Source: Octopus vulgaris
Lineage: Eukaryota
DNA: 64,000 nucleotides
NCBI GenBank assembly: GCA_951406725.2
Contig: OX597827.1
Location: forward strand, 49,786,001 to 49,850,000
Direction: 5' to 3'
Shown: positions 13,100 through 26,689 of the stretch, piece by piece
Numbering within the stretch: the stretch's first letter is position 1
Layout: each line of letters begins with the position of its first letter
Position numbers and translations under genes: made by a program
Notes under the pieces: generated by a model
Seen by the model: the letters and a program-made list of their open reading frames with translations, nothing else
Databases searched by the model: none
What the model was told of the DNA's origin: nothing

Positions 13100-13500
13100 A
13101 TTAAGTCAACAGAAGAATATTAGTGGAACATTCCAACTGAAATGCCTACCAAGTGCCAGCAATAACAAGGCTGATATAATTACTTGCGACAGAAAAGAAA
13201 AATCATGTATACTCATATAGGTTAGCTGCCCTGCAGGTGTAAATATCTCTTCTAAAATCAGCGACGAGAATCTTTATGGACAAGTGCTTCGAAATCTACA
13301 ACCTCTCTGCTTTGATTATGAATTCACATTTATGCCAATAACCATTGATGCACTTGTTAGTACATGTCTAAGGAACAATGTAGAAAAACTAGGATTTTCA
13401 AGCAAAGAAATCGGCTAACGCGCACTTTATAGATACAATCTACGAATGGAAAAGTAAAAAATAAAATTCAAAACTTCTCTAAATTCAATATGTAACAATT
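13100..13500 (+). mobile_element. Highly decayed RLE-type non-LTR element (endonuclease region)
   Basis: Residual WNIP, NKADII..D, VSCPAGVN motifs, similar to the region near 22150-22280. Confidence 0.55.
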
Positions 13501-14028
13501 GTCGTTGACCAAATTTCAGCTCCTTTCTTCTCGAAAAATTCTAATAGATAAAAAAGTGAAGAAATTTGCATCATCCATCCATCCATCCATCCATCCATCC
13601 ATCCATCCATCCATCCATCCATCCATCTGCACATGATTCTACCAGAGAATTAGCTTAAGGGTACAGATAGAAATAGTATGGCATTGTGTCTGAAAAGGAT
13701 TTTCCATTTGGAGTACAATCCATTTGATGGGATTCCATACAATTTCTTTTTACCCAGTTTCCCATTTCACTTACAGGTTCGAGATGATAGAAAATGACTC
13801 TTGCATAAGATGCTACGCCGTGTGAGGCAACCTTGGACATTATAGCCGCGAAGGGAACTTTTGTAACCATTTGGTTAATGCGCACACTCACACACTCATG
13901 CACACATACACACGCACAAGCACACTAACACATACACATACAGAGACAAGTATTTGCGCATGTCTCGATTCTTTCTCTCTCTCTCTCTATGTGTGTGTGC
14001 GTGTGTGCGTATGTGTGAGTGAATGAGT

Positions 14029-14068
<40 letters not shown>

Positions 14069-14083
14069 AAGAGATAGAGAGAA

Positions 14084-14151
<68 letters not shown>

Positions 14152-15421
14152 ACACGATCTTTTAATTCCGAACATAAGATTCATAATGGAGTGGGAATTA
14201 ACATCATCCATGTCATGAGACAAAAAGTTTTCTAAAACTAAAATTATACCTTTGCTAATGCAAATTATTTATAACTAATTCTTGTTTAAAATGCATGGGA
14301 AATTACTGCGAAAATTTAATTTAAAGTCTTGCCTTACTCTTGTATCAACCATTAACCATCAACCATCAGCTATTAGTTAATCATCAACTACCAACCGTCG
14401 TCCATCAACCAACAACCAGCAACTAGCATCTAGCAGGATAAATTTCGTTTTGAAAAACAATCCATCTGTTGGCAAAGTCACAAGACAGAAGCAAACATCG
14501 GTAAACAAAATATAACTCCTACTCCGTCTTGGTATTTGTCAGTATCATGAAAAGGAATATTTAGAAATAACTTTAACTTCATAAATATACGGAAATCTAT
14601 GTTAACCTCATTGCTATACAATAACTGAGGGAGAATGTTAAATTCCCCTTCCACGTGCAACGGGGTTCTCTCCAAAAACAGTGTTTATCTCTGCATTTAG
14701 TGGCATTAATCGGATGATGAGAGACAGTTATGTACGATATGTCCCGAAACAATGCCTGTCTACAGGTGGCAAACGCGCTCAAGATCTGAAGATCTGATAC
14801 CTGTTACTTCTGACAACTAGGCGCACGGAGAGTTTTAGTAATACTTCTTAAGTCTTCTCCCATTACACTGCATCGCCACTCTTAGCCAAAACTTTAGAAA
14901 ATAACATATGTAGCTGCTATTGAACTCGTAACCAAGAATAGTTGATAGTTAAATCTTTTCTTTTATTTCATAAATCAAGGGTGTACATACATCTGTATAC
15001 TAATGTACAAAGACACAATGGTGTTGTAGGAATGTAGTGTGGTGGGGTAGTGTAGCGTAGTGTGGGGTATAAATGAAGGTAGTGCCGGTGTAGTACAGAT
15101 AGTGTTGGTGAGAATGCGGGTGATGTGGAGTGGTTGTCTGGTAGAGTAATGTCACGTTTGTTGGTAGTTTAATGTGGTTTCGTGCTGGTATTGACCATGC
15201 CGAGAACACCAGGTCACGGGATTTCGACCTTCCCCTGTCTTGTCAATGATGGACACTCGACTGCTAGAGATAGCAGCACTTCACTTTTCAACCAACGGTA
15301 TATAGAATAATAGTGCCAGAACTGGCGCTGTTTTTGCGGTTAGACAGTGGCTAACTATATATATATATGATCTCATGTGATCTCTTAAGCACCACCAGCT
15401 CTGGGATCTTTCCTTCTCCTT

Positions 15422-15456
15422 GTTTCCGACGAAGAGCTCCGCTCGAAACGTTAAAC
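15422..15456 (+). ncRNA. Minimal type I hammerhead ribozyme motif (U4C core) in a Penelope-type tail
   Basis: GTTT-CCGACGA-A-GAGC/TCC/GCTC-GAAAC-GTT-AAAC; stems I and II pair. Confidence 0.7.
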
Positions 15457-15569
15457 CCTCCTTCCCTTCTTTTCTGAGCGTCAGTAATACTTTAATTGTT
15501 CCACTTCCTGCGTTGCTGTGTTTTTTCTCTTTTTTTCTCTTTTTTTTCTGTGTTTTCTTGTTTGGATTA

Positions 15570-15609
<40 letters not shown>

Positions 15610-15704
15610 ATCCAAACATGAAAGCACAAAAAAAGCACAACAACGCGAGGACGTGGAACAAATATAGTATTATTGGACACTCAGGAAAGAAGGAAAGAAG
15701 GAGG

Positions 15705-15739
15705 GTTTAACGTTTCGAGCGGAGCTCTTTGTCGGAAAC
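15705..15739 (-). ncRNA. Inverted sister hammerhead motif carrying G8A (probably inactive)
   Basis: Reverse complement GTTT-CCGACAA-A-GAGC/TCC/GCTC-GAAAC-GTT-AAAC. Confidence 0.6.
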
Positions 15740-15804
15740 ATAGGAGAAGGAAAGATCCAGAGAAACAGAGGAAAAAATCGACAACGATACACACGCGGTG
15801 TCGC

Positions 15805-15838
<34 letters not shown>

Positions 15839-16859
15839 ATTAGCGACAGGAGCAGTAATAACACCGAGATGTAATATTTATCCCCACTTAAGCATAGATG
15901 TTCTGTTAGAACAAGTTATACTGCGGCAGATACTATGAGAGAAATTCTCATATAGGCTTTTGATACAAAATGTATTCTTGTTTATATCGCTAGAGGGGGC
16001 GGAGACAAACTCCCTCCACCTCTAACGCCGAAACCACCGGATTTCGACAAAATCACGTAATTGATCTCTTCGTCAGCGACATAAACAAAAGTGCATTTTG
16101 CACCAAAAACCGTGGTATCTACCGCTGAATAATTTGCTCCAACAGAACATCCACGTTTAAGTGGTGATAAATGTCACCTCTCGGTATTCATACTTCTTCT
16201 ATTGCTAATATATACTTTTTTAAAGTATATATTTAGTGCTTTATTATTTAACACACTCACCGGTAAAATTTCCACTCATTTACTTAATTATTTTTCTAAA
16301 ATTTTCATTGCGTCTTGCAACCTTTTGAATAGTTATTGACTATTGATATGCGTTCTTTTTGTTTGTGCGCAAGTGTGTGGGTCAGTGTATCTGCGCATGT
16401 ATATATGTATGTATGTGTGTAAATTTGAATGTATGTATTCTGCATAGTCACGTGTTTGTGTGTTTGTGTGTTTTTATGTGTGTGTCTGTGTGCTTTCATG
16501 TGTGTGTGTACCTCTGTCTCCTTGTGTGTGCATGTCTGTGTGTGTGTATGGGTTTTTGTGACTATGTACTGTGTCTGTATGTATGGATGTATATCTCCAT
16601 ATCTCCATATGTGTGGACGTGTGTCTCCATATGTGTCCTAGTGTGAAGTGTGTGTGTGCATATGTTCATGTGTTTCAGTCTTTATTTGCGTACGTGTGTG
16701 TATGTGTGCTTGTCTGTTCATATTACCTATGTACCTATCCGTCAGTGTGTCTATCTGTTTACTTTCATATCCATTTGCCTACATAGATGTGCATACATAC
16801 ACACACACAAACACACACATCTACATAACAGCCCACTACCTATTCTACCAGTATATAAA

Positions 16860-17970
16860 TATAAACTGTAGGTGTGGGAGTATGATTATCTGCTGCGTAT
16901 ATTTCCTATTTAGTACTGGAGATGTTTCATTTATGAGGACGCACTCTTGTATTTGTCTGAGTGTTGGACCCTTCGGGTGCTTGGATAAAATGCAGATGTC
17001 AAGTTGTCCCAGGTTGCCTCCAAGCTGGTCCTTGGCATGTTGGTAGAGTATGGAGGACGGTTTTTTTGTCGTCATATTGTCTCAAATGTTCAATTAGTCT
17101 TTCCGCAATGCTCCTAGATGTCTCCCAAGCAACTTTTATGCATTTTAAGCTGTAGAGTACATTTCTAGTTCTACAGTTAATGCCAGGGCTAATCCTACAT
17201 ACCATGCAGTTATCATTGGTGCATATGGTATTCTCAAAGGGGTACATTCTACATAGTTGTGACCTGATGGAGTTCCCTAGCTTTTCAACATTCTTAATGT
17301 TGCGTTTAGTCTCCTTCAGAGTTTTCCTAAATCTACGGGCAAGTTCTTCATGGGCTGTAGCCTCTACAAACATCACTCCTTGATATTTGTTTGTTTTATA
17401 CTACGTGTTCACCCTGTTTGCTTTGTCACAAGCTCTTTGTATCCTATTCCAGTCTTTGCTTCTATATCTAGGCCAAGAAAAAAATTTTTCATTATATATA
17501 ATGTTATCTAACTTCTTTCTAGCACTTCTGTATACTCGAACCCTATCTTTCTGATCATATCCAGAGAATTGTATGCGGTGCATGAAGTCCTGTACATGTT
17601 TCTTCGTTTCATAAGCTTTACATAGTGGGAACACATTGCTCCTTATCCTAACTAAATCTGCTATCAGTATGTTAACTTTCATGTTGTGTGACAAAGCTGA
17701 GTTCTTGTGAACAACATATTTCGAAGCTATGGTTTTCATGTAATAGGAGTTGCACTCTTGTTGTTCACAGTCTCTAACCAAAGTTCAGTATCAAGGACGG
17801 GAGTCTATTGTTGGGGTGCCTAGTGGGGTAGTCTATTGTTACCGTGATACTTTGGTGGATGGAGTTAGCTACTTGCTGGATACTCTCCATTATGCTCCTC
17901 TCAGTTTCTACATTTCCGTTACTAGAGTTGGTTTTAACTATGATATTAATGTCATCTACATACCTACTGT
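16860..17970 (-). mobile_element. Decayed Penelope-like element (RT C-terminus to GIY-YIG)
   Basis: YSRYVDDI, YYMKTIASKYVVHKNSAL, FSGYD, NCMVC..INCRTRNVLYSLKC, ETSRSIAERLIEH. Confidence 0.85.
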
Positions 17971-17997
17971 ACACATACACACACACGTACACACACG

Positions 17998-18073
<76 letters not shown>

Positions 18074-18075
<2 letters not shown>

Positions 18076-18283
18076 ACTAGGGTGTTAGGAAACACTTCAT
18101 CAGTTAACCCCCCTCGGAAATTGCCAAAACTGACGTCAGTATTAAAAATTCTCGATCGCCACTTTTCGAACGATTATTGTCCCTGCTATTGTATATGTTT
18201 TTATTCATGTACGTTAACTACAGCATTAGAAGTATTTAGCTCTTATTTCTAGCAATGTAGGTGTTTCCTAAACACCCTAGTCA
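18074..18283. mobile_element. Small MITE-like element with about 22-bp terminal inverted repeats
   Basis: TGACTAGGGTGTT-AGGAAACAC versus the reverse complement of GTGTTTCCTAAACACCCTAGTCA. Confidence 0.65.
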
Positions 18284-18358
18284 CATTTAGTGACAATTAG
18301 AATTCTCCTTTTTGGTGAAACATTGTAAACTGCTGTTTATATTAATTTTATATACATA

Positions 18359-18421
<63 letters not shown>

Positions 18422-18469
18422 AAATAAGTATAAAAATGTGCATTGTCCGTTTAATATAAAAATTCTATA

Positions 18470-18557
18470 TGTGGCTGAAGATTGCTCGACATTTTAAAAC
18501 TGATGTAATACTTACAGTGTTTAATAAAATGAAGTACCATGAAACGATCGTACTACA
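18470..18557 (+). ncRNA. Type I hammerhead motif with long stem II region and palindromic stem III
   Basis: TGTGG-CTGAAGA...GAAAC-GATC-GTA-CTACA; stem I TGTGG/CTACA; stem II pairing uncertain. Confidence 0.55.
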
Positions 18558-18589
18558 CTACCTTGAATATCCTTGTTGCTTATTTTGAT

Positions 18590-18673
<84 letters not shown>

Positions 18674-18701
18674 TGTGTGTGTGTGTATGTGTGTGTGTGT
18701 G

Positions 18702-18977
18702 TGGACACGCGGTCGTAGGGTCGCGGTTTCGTTTCCCAGACAGGGCGTTGTGAGTATTTACTGAGCGAAAACACCTAAAAGCTCCACGAGGCTCCGGCAG
18801 GGGTGGTGGCGGTCCCTGCTGTACTCTTTCGCCACAACTTTCTCTCACTCATTCTTCTGCTAGCCTGCTCGCTTAGCCAGCAGGGTGGCGTCATTTGAAG
18901 GCTAAAACAATGCGAAGCGCATTGTGACCAGCGATGTGTAGCAACATCTGATAGCCTGGTCGGTCATGGTGATCACG

Positions 18978-18981
<4 letters not shown>
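18702..18981 (+). mobile_element. tRNA-derived SINE (family also at 43860-44004, minus strand)
   Basis: Shared gcggtttcg.ttcccagac..ggcgttgtg and gaggctccggcagggg; the 43.9-kb copy has a tRNA-like head. Confidence 0.75.
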
Positions 18982-19034
<53 letters not shown>

Positions 19035-19072
19035 GAAAGAAGGTTTGAAAATGCAATTTAAAAGATGTTTAT

Positions 19073-19117
19073 TTACTTTACCGGTTTCACTCTTTGGAAA
19101 AAGATTGTCAAAAGTAA
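19073..19117 (-). ncRNA. Type I hammerhead motif with compensated U3-A8 core
   Basis: TTACTT-TTGACAA-TCTTT/TTCC/AAAGA-GT-GAAAC-CG-GTA-AAGTAA. Confidence 0.6.
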
Positions 19118-19614
19118 CATGTGGAAGTTTGGTTGCGTTAATTATTGCTTGTTGCAAATTGCTACATTACATATATATATATACAGTCTTTGGTAACAGG
19201 GACATGTTAAGGACATAAAAATGTTCAACAAGTTCCTTAAAATATTGGGCAAAAAAGATTACATAAATAATCGTTCTCAAGGACATACTTAAGATAGTTT
19301 CCAGAAGGAATTGATATTGGTACTGTATCTGTATATTCAAACATGCACAGAATATTGGTTGACACAGAGTACTATAATCCATATAAATATACAGTCTTTG
19401 GTGACAATAGTATGTTGAGAATATAAAAAGTTTAACAAGCTCATTGAAAAAATGGGCAGAAAAGATTAAAACAAATATATTATACATCTCAGGGTAATTT
19501 CCAGGAGGAATTATTAAAAAAAGTTCAGTATACACATACAGAATATTATGAGTTCAAAAAGATTTATATTATTGTAGTGGTGAAGTTGTCACTAACCTGT
19601 CCGTTATGAATGGG

Positions 19615-19830
<216 letters not shown>

Positions 19831-20244
19831 CTGTATGTATGTGTACGTACACACGCACTAATTTGATCACTTTTATTGGTTTGTTTTCGTATCTGCGTGA
19901 TAGACTCTTGTAGTTCGTGTCCAAATAAGCTACAAGGGTCTGGAGTCTGGATACGTAGATCCCCAAAACAACACAAAACAAAACCTTAATGAAAATAGAA
20001 GAAAATAGAAAATAGTCGTGTTTTTAATATCATATTTGCGAGCATGCGCACACACATACTTGCATATACATATCCCACATTCACACCTACATATAAAACA
20101 AAATTCATGCTTTTCATTTCGACTGCCCCCCCTCTCCCAAAATTTCGGGCCTTGTGCCTAGAGTAGAAAAGGATATTATGAGTGAAACTCCTGAATTAGA
20201 GTGAAAGCATATAACTATTATTCTGTGGTACAACAGCTGAAGAC

Positions 20245-20430
20245 ATCATCATTATCACCGTTTAACGTCCGTTCTCCATGCTAGCATGGGTTGGACGGGT
20301 CGACCGGGATCTGGGAAGCCAGAAGGCTGCACCAGGCTCCAGTCTTATCTGGCAGTGTTTCTACGGCTGGATGCCCTTCCTAACGCCAACCACTCCGAGA
20401 GTGTAGTGGGTGCTTTTTACGTGCCACAGG
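20245..20430 (-). mobile_element. Retroposon/SINE 3' fragment with (ATG)n-like tail
   Basis: Minus strand GGTTGGCGTTAGGAAGGGCATCC...GGACGTTAAACG, an RTE-associated SINE-type motif recognised from memory. Confidence 0.55.
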
Positions 20431-21699
20431 CACATACATACATACATACATACATACATACATACATACATACATACATACTTACATGCATATGCACATA
20501 CATATATTTATATGTATATGCACACATACAGACGCGCGCACACAGACTTATGTGTATGTGTGCCTCTAGGATTATCAAGTCTTGCTGGCAGTGTTTGATC
20601 TTCGACTATAGCATCTCTATTATCTACTTTTAAGCCATTAAACATTTTTATCTCTTTTGCTGGAAGGTTACTGAAAACCGACTGAAATTTGTAATGAATG
20701 AAAGGGCGAGTGTTCATATGTATTGCATCAGAAATGTCTGCTATACATTAATGCTACAACTACAACAGGCTTGCAGCATAGTTGACTAAAAGGAACAACC
20801 TTTATACATTATCCAGGGACAATCTCGTTTCTAGGGCTCGTAGATGCTTTTCAGACGTGCATTTATGTCGATCAAACTTAAAGTAATGGAAATTTAAGTC
20901 ACCAACTATTACTATAATATTCTTCCTGTCTCACGCACAAACTTTCATACATTTATATAATGTTTCTTCCTGAAAAACATATATAACACAGCGATGCTAC
21001 GAATTGGATGCATGCGATTATAAGACTTCTTTTTCTGCATTGCTGATTGTCTATGTAGGCGAGACATATAAACAAACATATTGATAGAGGTTGATAATGT
21101 GACTTTGACTCATATCTTTGTTGGAATGGCGCGGTTACAGAAGAAAGGCACAGCAATTGTTGTTGTTAGCGATGATATCATTATAGTTGCTATTATTGAT
21201 CACCTGATCTACTACACCAAGAACTGCCACCCGATCAATCATACAATTGATATGTATGATTGATCTTTGTAACAGATGGAATAATAAAATGTAACCCACA
21301 AGTTGGAGAACTGTGTGGTTGTGGAATAATACCATCTGCACACTTTCAAGTTGTGGTTGCTACAATGGTGTGATGGTGAGGATAAGTCTGGGTGGTAGGC
21401 TCATTGTGAGGTGATGTTGTGTGGTGGTGTGGTGCAATGGTGAGGACATTTTCCTTGATTGTATGGGGTGATAGCGAAGTCATGTTGCGTACTGGTATAG
21501 TGTGACAGCGAGGTTATATGATGATGTGGTTGTGAGTATATGTTGTGTGATAGTGGTATAGTGAAGACATGATGTGTGGAGGGGTAACGTAGTAGTCAGA
21601 TAATAGTTTGTTGTGGAGTTTACCTCTGAGGATATATTGTGTAATGGTGGAATGTGGTAGTTTGAACATGCTGAGTGTATAGATGTTCCATGCAAACCT

Positions 21700-22450
21700 A
21701 AGCTCACTGGACGGACCTATCTGAACAGAGATTTGGAGGCGAACTACTCATTGTTCCAACAGAAGGTGATGCATGAGTGCATATCCCACAAGCAACATTG
21801 ACAAAAGTAATAGTCTTTCGTGGAGATGCGTCAAAGACACCACATCTCACATAGAAGGCTCTGCCTTTACTCTCTAGGAACAGGAGATTGCAGCTAGGTA
21901 CCCAATGAACAAGAGAATAGAAATGCCTCTAGACCTCCATGCTGTGATAGAAAACGTCGATTATGCTATACCAGTGTGAAGGATATCGCCCAAATTATTA
22001 GAAGTATAAAAAAATATCTGTAAGATATTACCTTCTCATGAGACATGATATTATCGCAAAGACAATGCTGTATGGAAGGACTGCTCTGACGGTCATAACA
22101 AAGGCATAACAGAATTGGAATGCATTTACACTTATATAAAGAAGAATAGTCATGGAACATCCCAATAAGAACAGCAATCTGGTGTATTCGCAATGGGCCA
22201 GATATTGTTTTACAGGACAGAAAGCATATGATATGCTCTGTAGTTGAGTTTAGTTGCCAAGTTGATCTGAATGTTATATCAAGAACTTTAGGAAAAGAAA
22301 ACGTTTATGGAGAAGTAATAAGAAGCTTACAGAACTTATACCTAGACATTCTCATTCTTACACATTATCATAGGCGTTCTGGGCTATATAACGGATTTGC
22401 ATCAACATTTTGTAAAACTGGGGCTCTCCAAAAATAAAAAAAAAGAACAA
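21700..22450 (+). mobile_element. Highly decayed RLE non-LTR element
   Basis: RHDIIAK, SWNIPIRT, NGPDIVL.D, VVEFSCQVDLNV. Confidence 0.6.
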
Positions 22451-22967
22451 GCCAAATTAGTCTGTTCTCCAAATCCGATCAATCTGGTAGAGTTAAAATT
22501 TACAAAACGTTCCAGCGATTCGTCATGTGAATTTTCCATGCTAAACAAATGGAAAATATGTGAAACGCTTCTGGGACTCCAAGTGAATTTCCTGGGCCAG
22601 ACATACGCACATATCCTCACATACATATGAAATGTATGATCCACACATATAAGAATGAAACAAAAATACTTGTATGCTAAAGTCTAAAAAGTGTATAGCA
22701 GAGAGATTTGTATACTGAAGTGAAACACATGTCTACCACACATATTCACCCATGAGCACAAACATGCATATATACATGTATCAACCGATTCAAACAACTA
22801 CAAACATCCAGCATCCGCCTTACTTGAAAGAAAAGCCAGCTTGAATTCTCCATATAGAAAAAAAAATGAAATAAATTCTAAAGAACATATACATACATAT
22901 ACATACATACATACAAATATACATACATACATACATACATACATACATACATACATACATACATACA

Positions 22968-23001
<34 letters not shown>

Positions 23002-23276
23002 CATACATGGTGGCTGCCCCCTCGTTACCGAGTATGGCCATTGCACGAAGCTTGATCAATGTTGTTATCGTGCAATGCCTGTGCAAGAAGATTTTTTTAA
23101 AAGTGAGGAAAGGCTGTGCACTGAGTCAATCCCACTCACTAAGCAACAGCAGCCATAATCCGAAAAGAAGAACAAGTCAATATCATCGGTAACCACTGAG
23201 CCGCAAGTTTTATGTCGGAGTTAAAACATACATACATACATACATACATACATACATACATACATACATACATACA

Positions 23277-23310
<34 letters not shown>

Positions 23311-23559
23311 CATACATACAGCGAGACAGACAGAAAGATATATTATCTGAAGTAAGAAAATATTGTAGAAAACGTCTGACTGTGTAGCTTTATTATACAA
23401 AAAAAAAAAGAAAGAGCACTTGACGCTACTACCTACTTATGGCCACTGAAGTTCGTGCACTTGGTAAAAGTATCTGCTATCTTAGCTGCTGCCAACGAGA
23501 GGCCCACAAAGACCTGGGCAACAATCCTCATTCTTATAACTGAGAGCGGAGCGATCGTC

Positions 23560-23841
23560 TGTGATGTTATAAATATTTCGAAGGAAATAGTCTTTCAGTA
23601 AATCTGTTTATTTTGGCATTAACTCCATTATCATTTATGCTATAAAAATCAAATGGTGGCTGCTAGAGTCTGCAACTACTAATGATGCCAAGGTAACCAA
23701 AAAATTCTGTGCAGATGACATGAAGATCTATGCTGATAGTCTGGGCGTTATCACAAGAAGGGGCTGCCTTATCGAATAGTTCCTTAAGTGAGGAGAGATT
23801 AGATACCCTATTGCTGATATTTCTAATAAGGTTTTTAAACA

Positions 23842-23921
<80 letters not shown>

Positions 23922-24850
23922 GTGCGTGCGAACGCAAGTGTAACAAATCTGTTTGTGTATATACGTGAGATTTTCAGTAGATTCCTAGTAGGGCTTGTAA
24001 GAGAACAAGTTTAGGTCCTAGGAAGCATTTAAGAAATCGATTTTCAGTAATTTTGAAGCCTAATTGGCTAAAAGCAGAAATGAGATTTTTTTCCTAAATT
24101 TATCAAGTGCATGCCAATTGCAGCAGTGAGATATGTCTGATCCATCGTCATGGTATAGAACAATGTCATGAGTTGGGAACTTAGGTCTTAGTATAACTAA
24201 TATAAAGAGACCTACTATGTCTCAAATATCAACACTGTCATATGATCCCATCGATACACCAAACAAATCATCTGGTTCAGATGTTGTGACCCACGCTGAA
24301 CGCCTACTGAAAAGGAGAGTTTTTTTGTGCATGAATGATAAAGTCAGGGTCTGTATGGTCCATAACGACATATTTTTTGAGAACTAAATTATCTTATCCT
24401 CAATATCAAATTGTGTAAATCTACAACAGCTCGGTGCTTATCTTTTATATTCCCAAACCAGTCAATGCTATTTGCCCATTGTTGTAGGTTAGTAGTCTTC
24501 CTAATGTGACTATTAATATTTCTTAGTATTCTGTGGCTACTAAACCCATTTCAGTCCTCACTGGCTTTATAAGTTTACAGGTGGGCTTATAACTAAAATT
24601 AGGTTTGTGATCTTTTAAATTTATGAAAGCTTCCTTTTTAGACAAGCATTCTAATCTATCATCAATTTTATTTCGTTTAGCAAGCAACTTAGCCTTATCA
24701 TTAATGTGTAGATGACATGAAGATCTATGCTGATAGTCTAGTCTGGGCGTTATCACAAGAAGGGGCTGCCTTATCGAATATTTCCGTAAGTGAGGAGAGA
24801 TTAGATACCCTATTGCTGATATTTGTAATAAGATTTTTAAACACTGTGTG
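23560..24850 (-). mobile_element. Penelope-like element remnants with a direct repeat of about 130 bp (near 23712-23845 and 24709-24850)
   Basis: KEAFINLKDHKPNFSYKPTCKLIKP; duplicated agatgacatgaagatctatgctgatagtc...aacact(GT)n. Confidence 0.75.
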
Positions 24851-25719
24851 TGTGTGTATGTGTTTTGTTAGCCTATACTTGTGTCATATCTATCTTTGCT
24901 AACATAATTAGAAATACACTACTATGTGGTAGAAGATACAATCTAGTGGCGTTAAAATATTGGCGGCCTATAGGGTTTTGGAATTGGTTGACGTTAGACT
25001 GGTCAGGTGCTGACCGAGGCAACCGGTGTGGAGATGACAGATTCCATTCGGTGTGCGTGTCATACGTAACTGTGTGGTGTAATTTCAACTGGATACTGAA
25101 AGGCCACAAAACGGTTACATCGAAAGGAAGTAATCTCACTGTGGGAGATCAGTTTAATCTGCAATTGTTTGGATCTGCTAGAGTTAAGATTGTTTTTCTA
25201 GGATATCACCAGCTAATCTTTTGAAACTCACTGATAGGGTGTATATTTTGGTGACAACATCAGGATTGGTAAGTTTTCCTGATAATGGATACTGCAGGCT
25301 GCATTTTCTGTTGGAGGAAGAGTTAGAACTTCAGGTAAGTAAGGAGAGGCCATGGTAATGATGCTCCATGTTATATTGAGGAAGCCGTTTCTTTAATTTC
25401 GAAGTTTCTGGATGAAGCAGGACAGAGAGGTAGAGTTTTGTTAGCTTATACAAACAAAAGAGGGCACATGATACATATATCACATCTTTTGAAAAGTAGC
25501 ATCTTCTTCATTTATTGTTGGCGGATTTCGGTACTTCCATTTAACATATCAATGTGTGTGTGTATGTATGTGTGCGTGTGTGTGTTTGCACGCGCGTATG
25601 TGTGTGTCATATTATATAACGCGTGTTAAAGAGTTCTTTTCACTGGCGGTGCTCCAGCATGGCCACAGCCTAAGGACTGAAACGTGTAAAAGAAAAATAG
25701 TAGTTTTTGCCGTGGAGAT

Positions 25720-25930
25720 GGTTCTGCTTTTGGGGATCAGGTTTGTCTCTGCCAGAGCTAACCAGTGTGGCATGCTATTATTCCAGAGCGTGTAGGTACA
25801 GGTTGATAAGATATGGTCGGTTGAAAGTTAACTTTTTGTGCCAGTGTCCAACAATCAAGTCTCTTCTAGGTGCTTTTCCATCCTGAAGTTTCTGGATTAC
25901 AATCACAAGGATATCACCATTAATGCTGTA
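25720..25930 (-). mobile_element. R4/Dong RT fragment, inverted relative to 27300-27500
   Basis: IQKLQDGKAPRRDLIVGHWHKKLTFNRPYLINLY. Confidence 0.75.
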
Positions 25931-26169
25931 TATATTGACTATGATGCAGGGACAATAACTACCGATAATGACTACCGTTACTCTGGACCACCCAGCTCCC
26001 AGGAACAGCTGTTGGACACGTAAAACTCTACCCATCTAAATCCTGATATCAATTATATTCTGCAAGTCGCACTAACTTAGATCTATACGCATGTACATTT
26101 TTTCTATTAAATTTATTGAATATTCTGTGTAAATCGATTTGCCTAAATTGCTTGTCATTACATTTACTC

Positions 26170-26204
<35 letters not shown>

Positions 26205-26603
26205 TGTGTGCGTATTTGTGTGTGTGTGTATATATATAATCTACATATATCAGTACACATATCAGTACATAAACATACGCTCACATGTACATACACATAT
26301 ACACACACGCAGACACCTCTACACACTTACATACCTAAATACTCTCATACGTACATACATACATACATACATACATACATACATACATACATGCGTATAG
26401 GCGTATACGCATGCATATGCATATACACATATACACACTACTTACAGGCACACATACACATACATACAAACATACATACACACATACATGCATACACACG
26501 CATACATATATACATACATTCGTATCTGCGTACATATATTACATACATACACACGCACATACATACATACATACATACATACATACATACATACATACAT
26601 ACA

Positions 26604-26635
<32 letters not shown>

Positions 26636-26689
26636 AAAAATAACTTTGGCTTTGAAGGACTCACTCGAGGAGAGCGTATTCTCAATTAA

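Noticed and set aside
13655-14830. Short unique-sequence ORFs at 13655-13903 and 14597-14782 as exons
   Set aside because: No consistent acceptor/donor pair or recognisable protein motif
20560-20690. Possible minus-strand exon SVFSNLPAKEIKMFNGLKVDNRDAIVEDQTLPARLDNPR
   Set aside because: Acceptor is plausible but there is no GT donor and no recognisable homology
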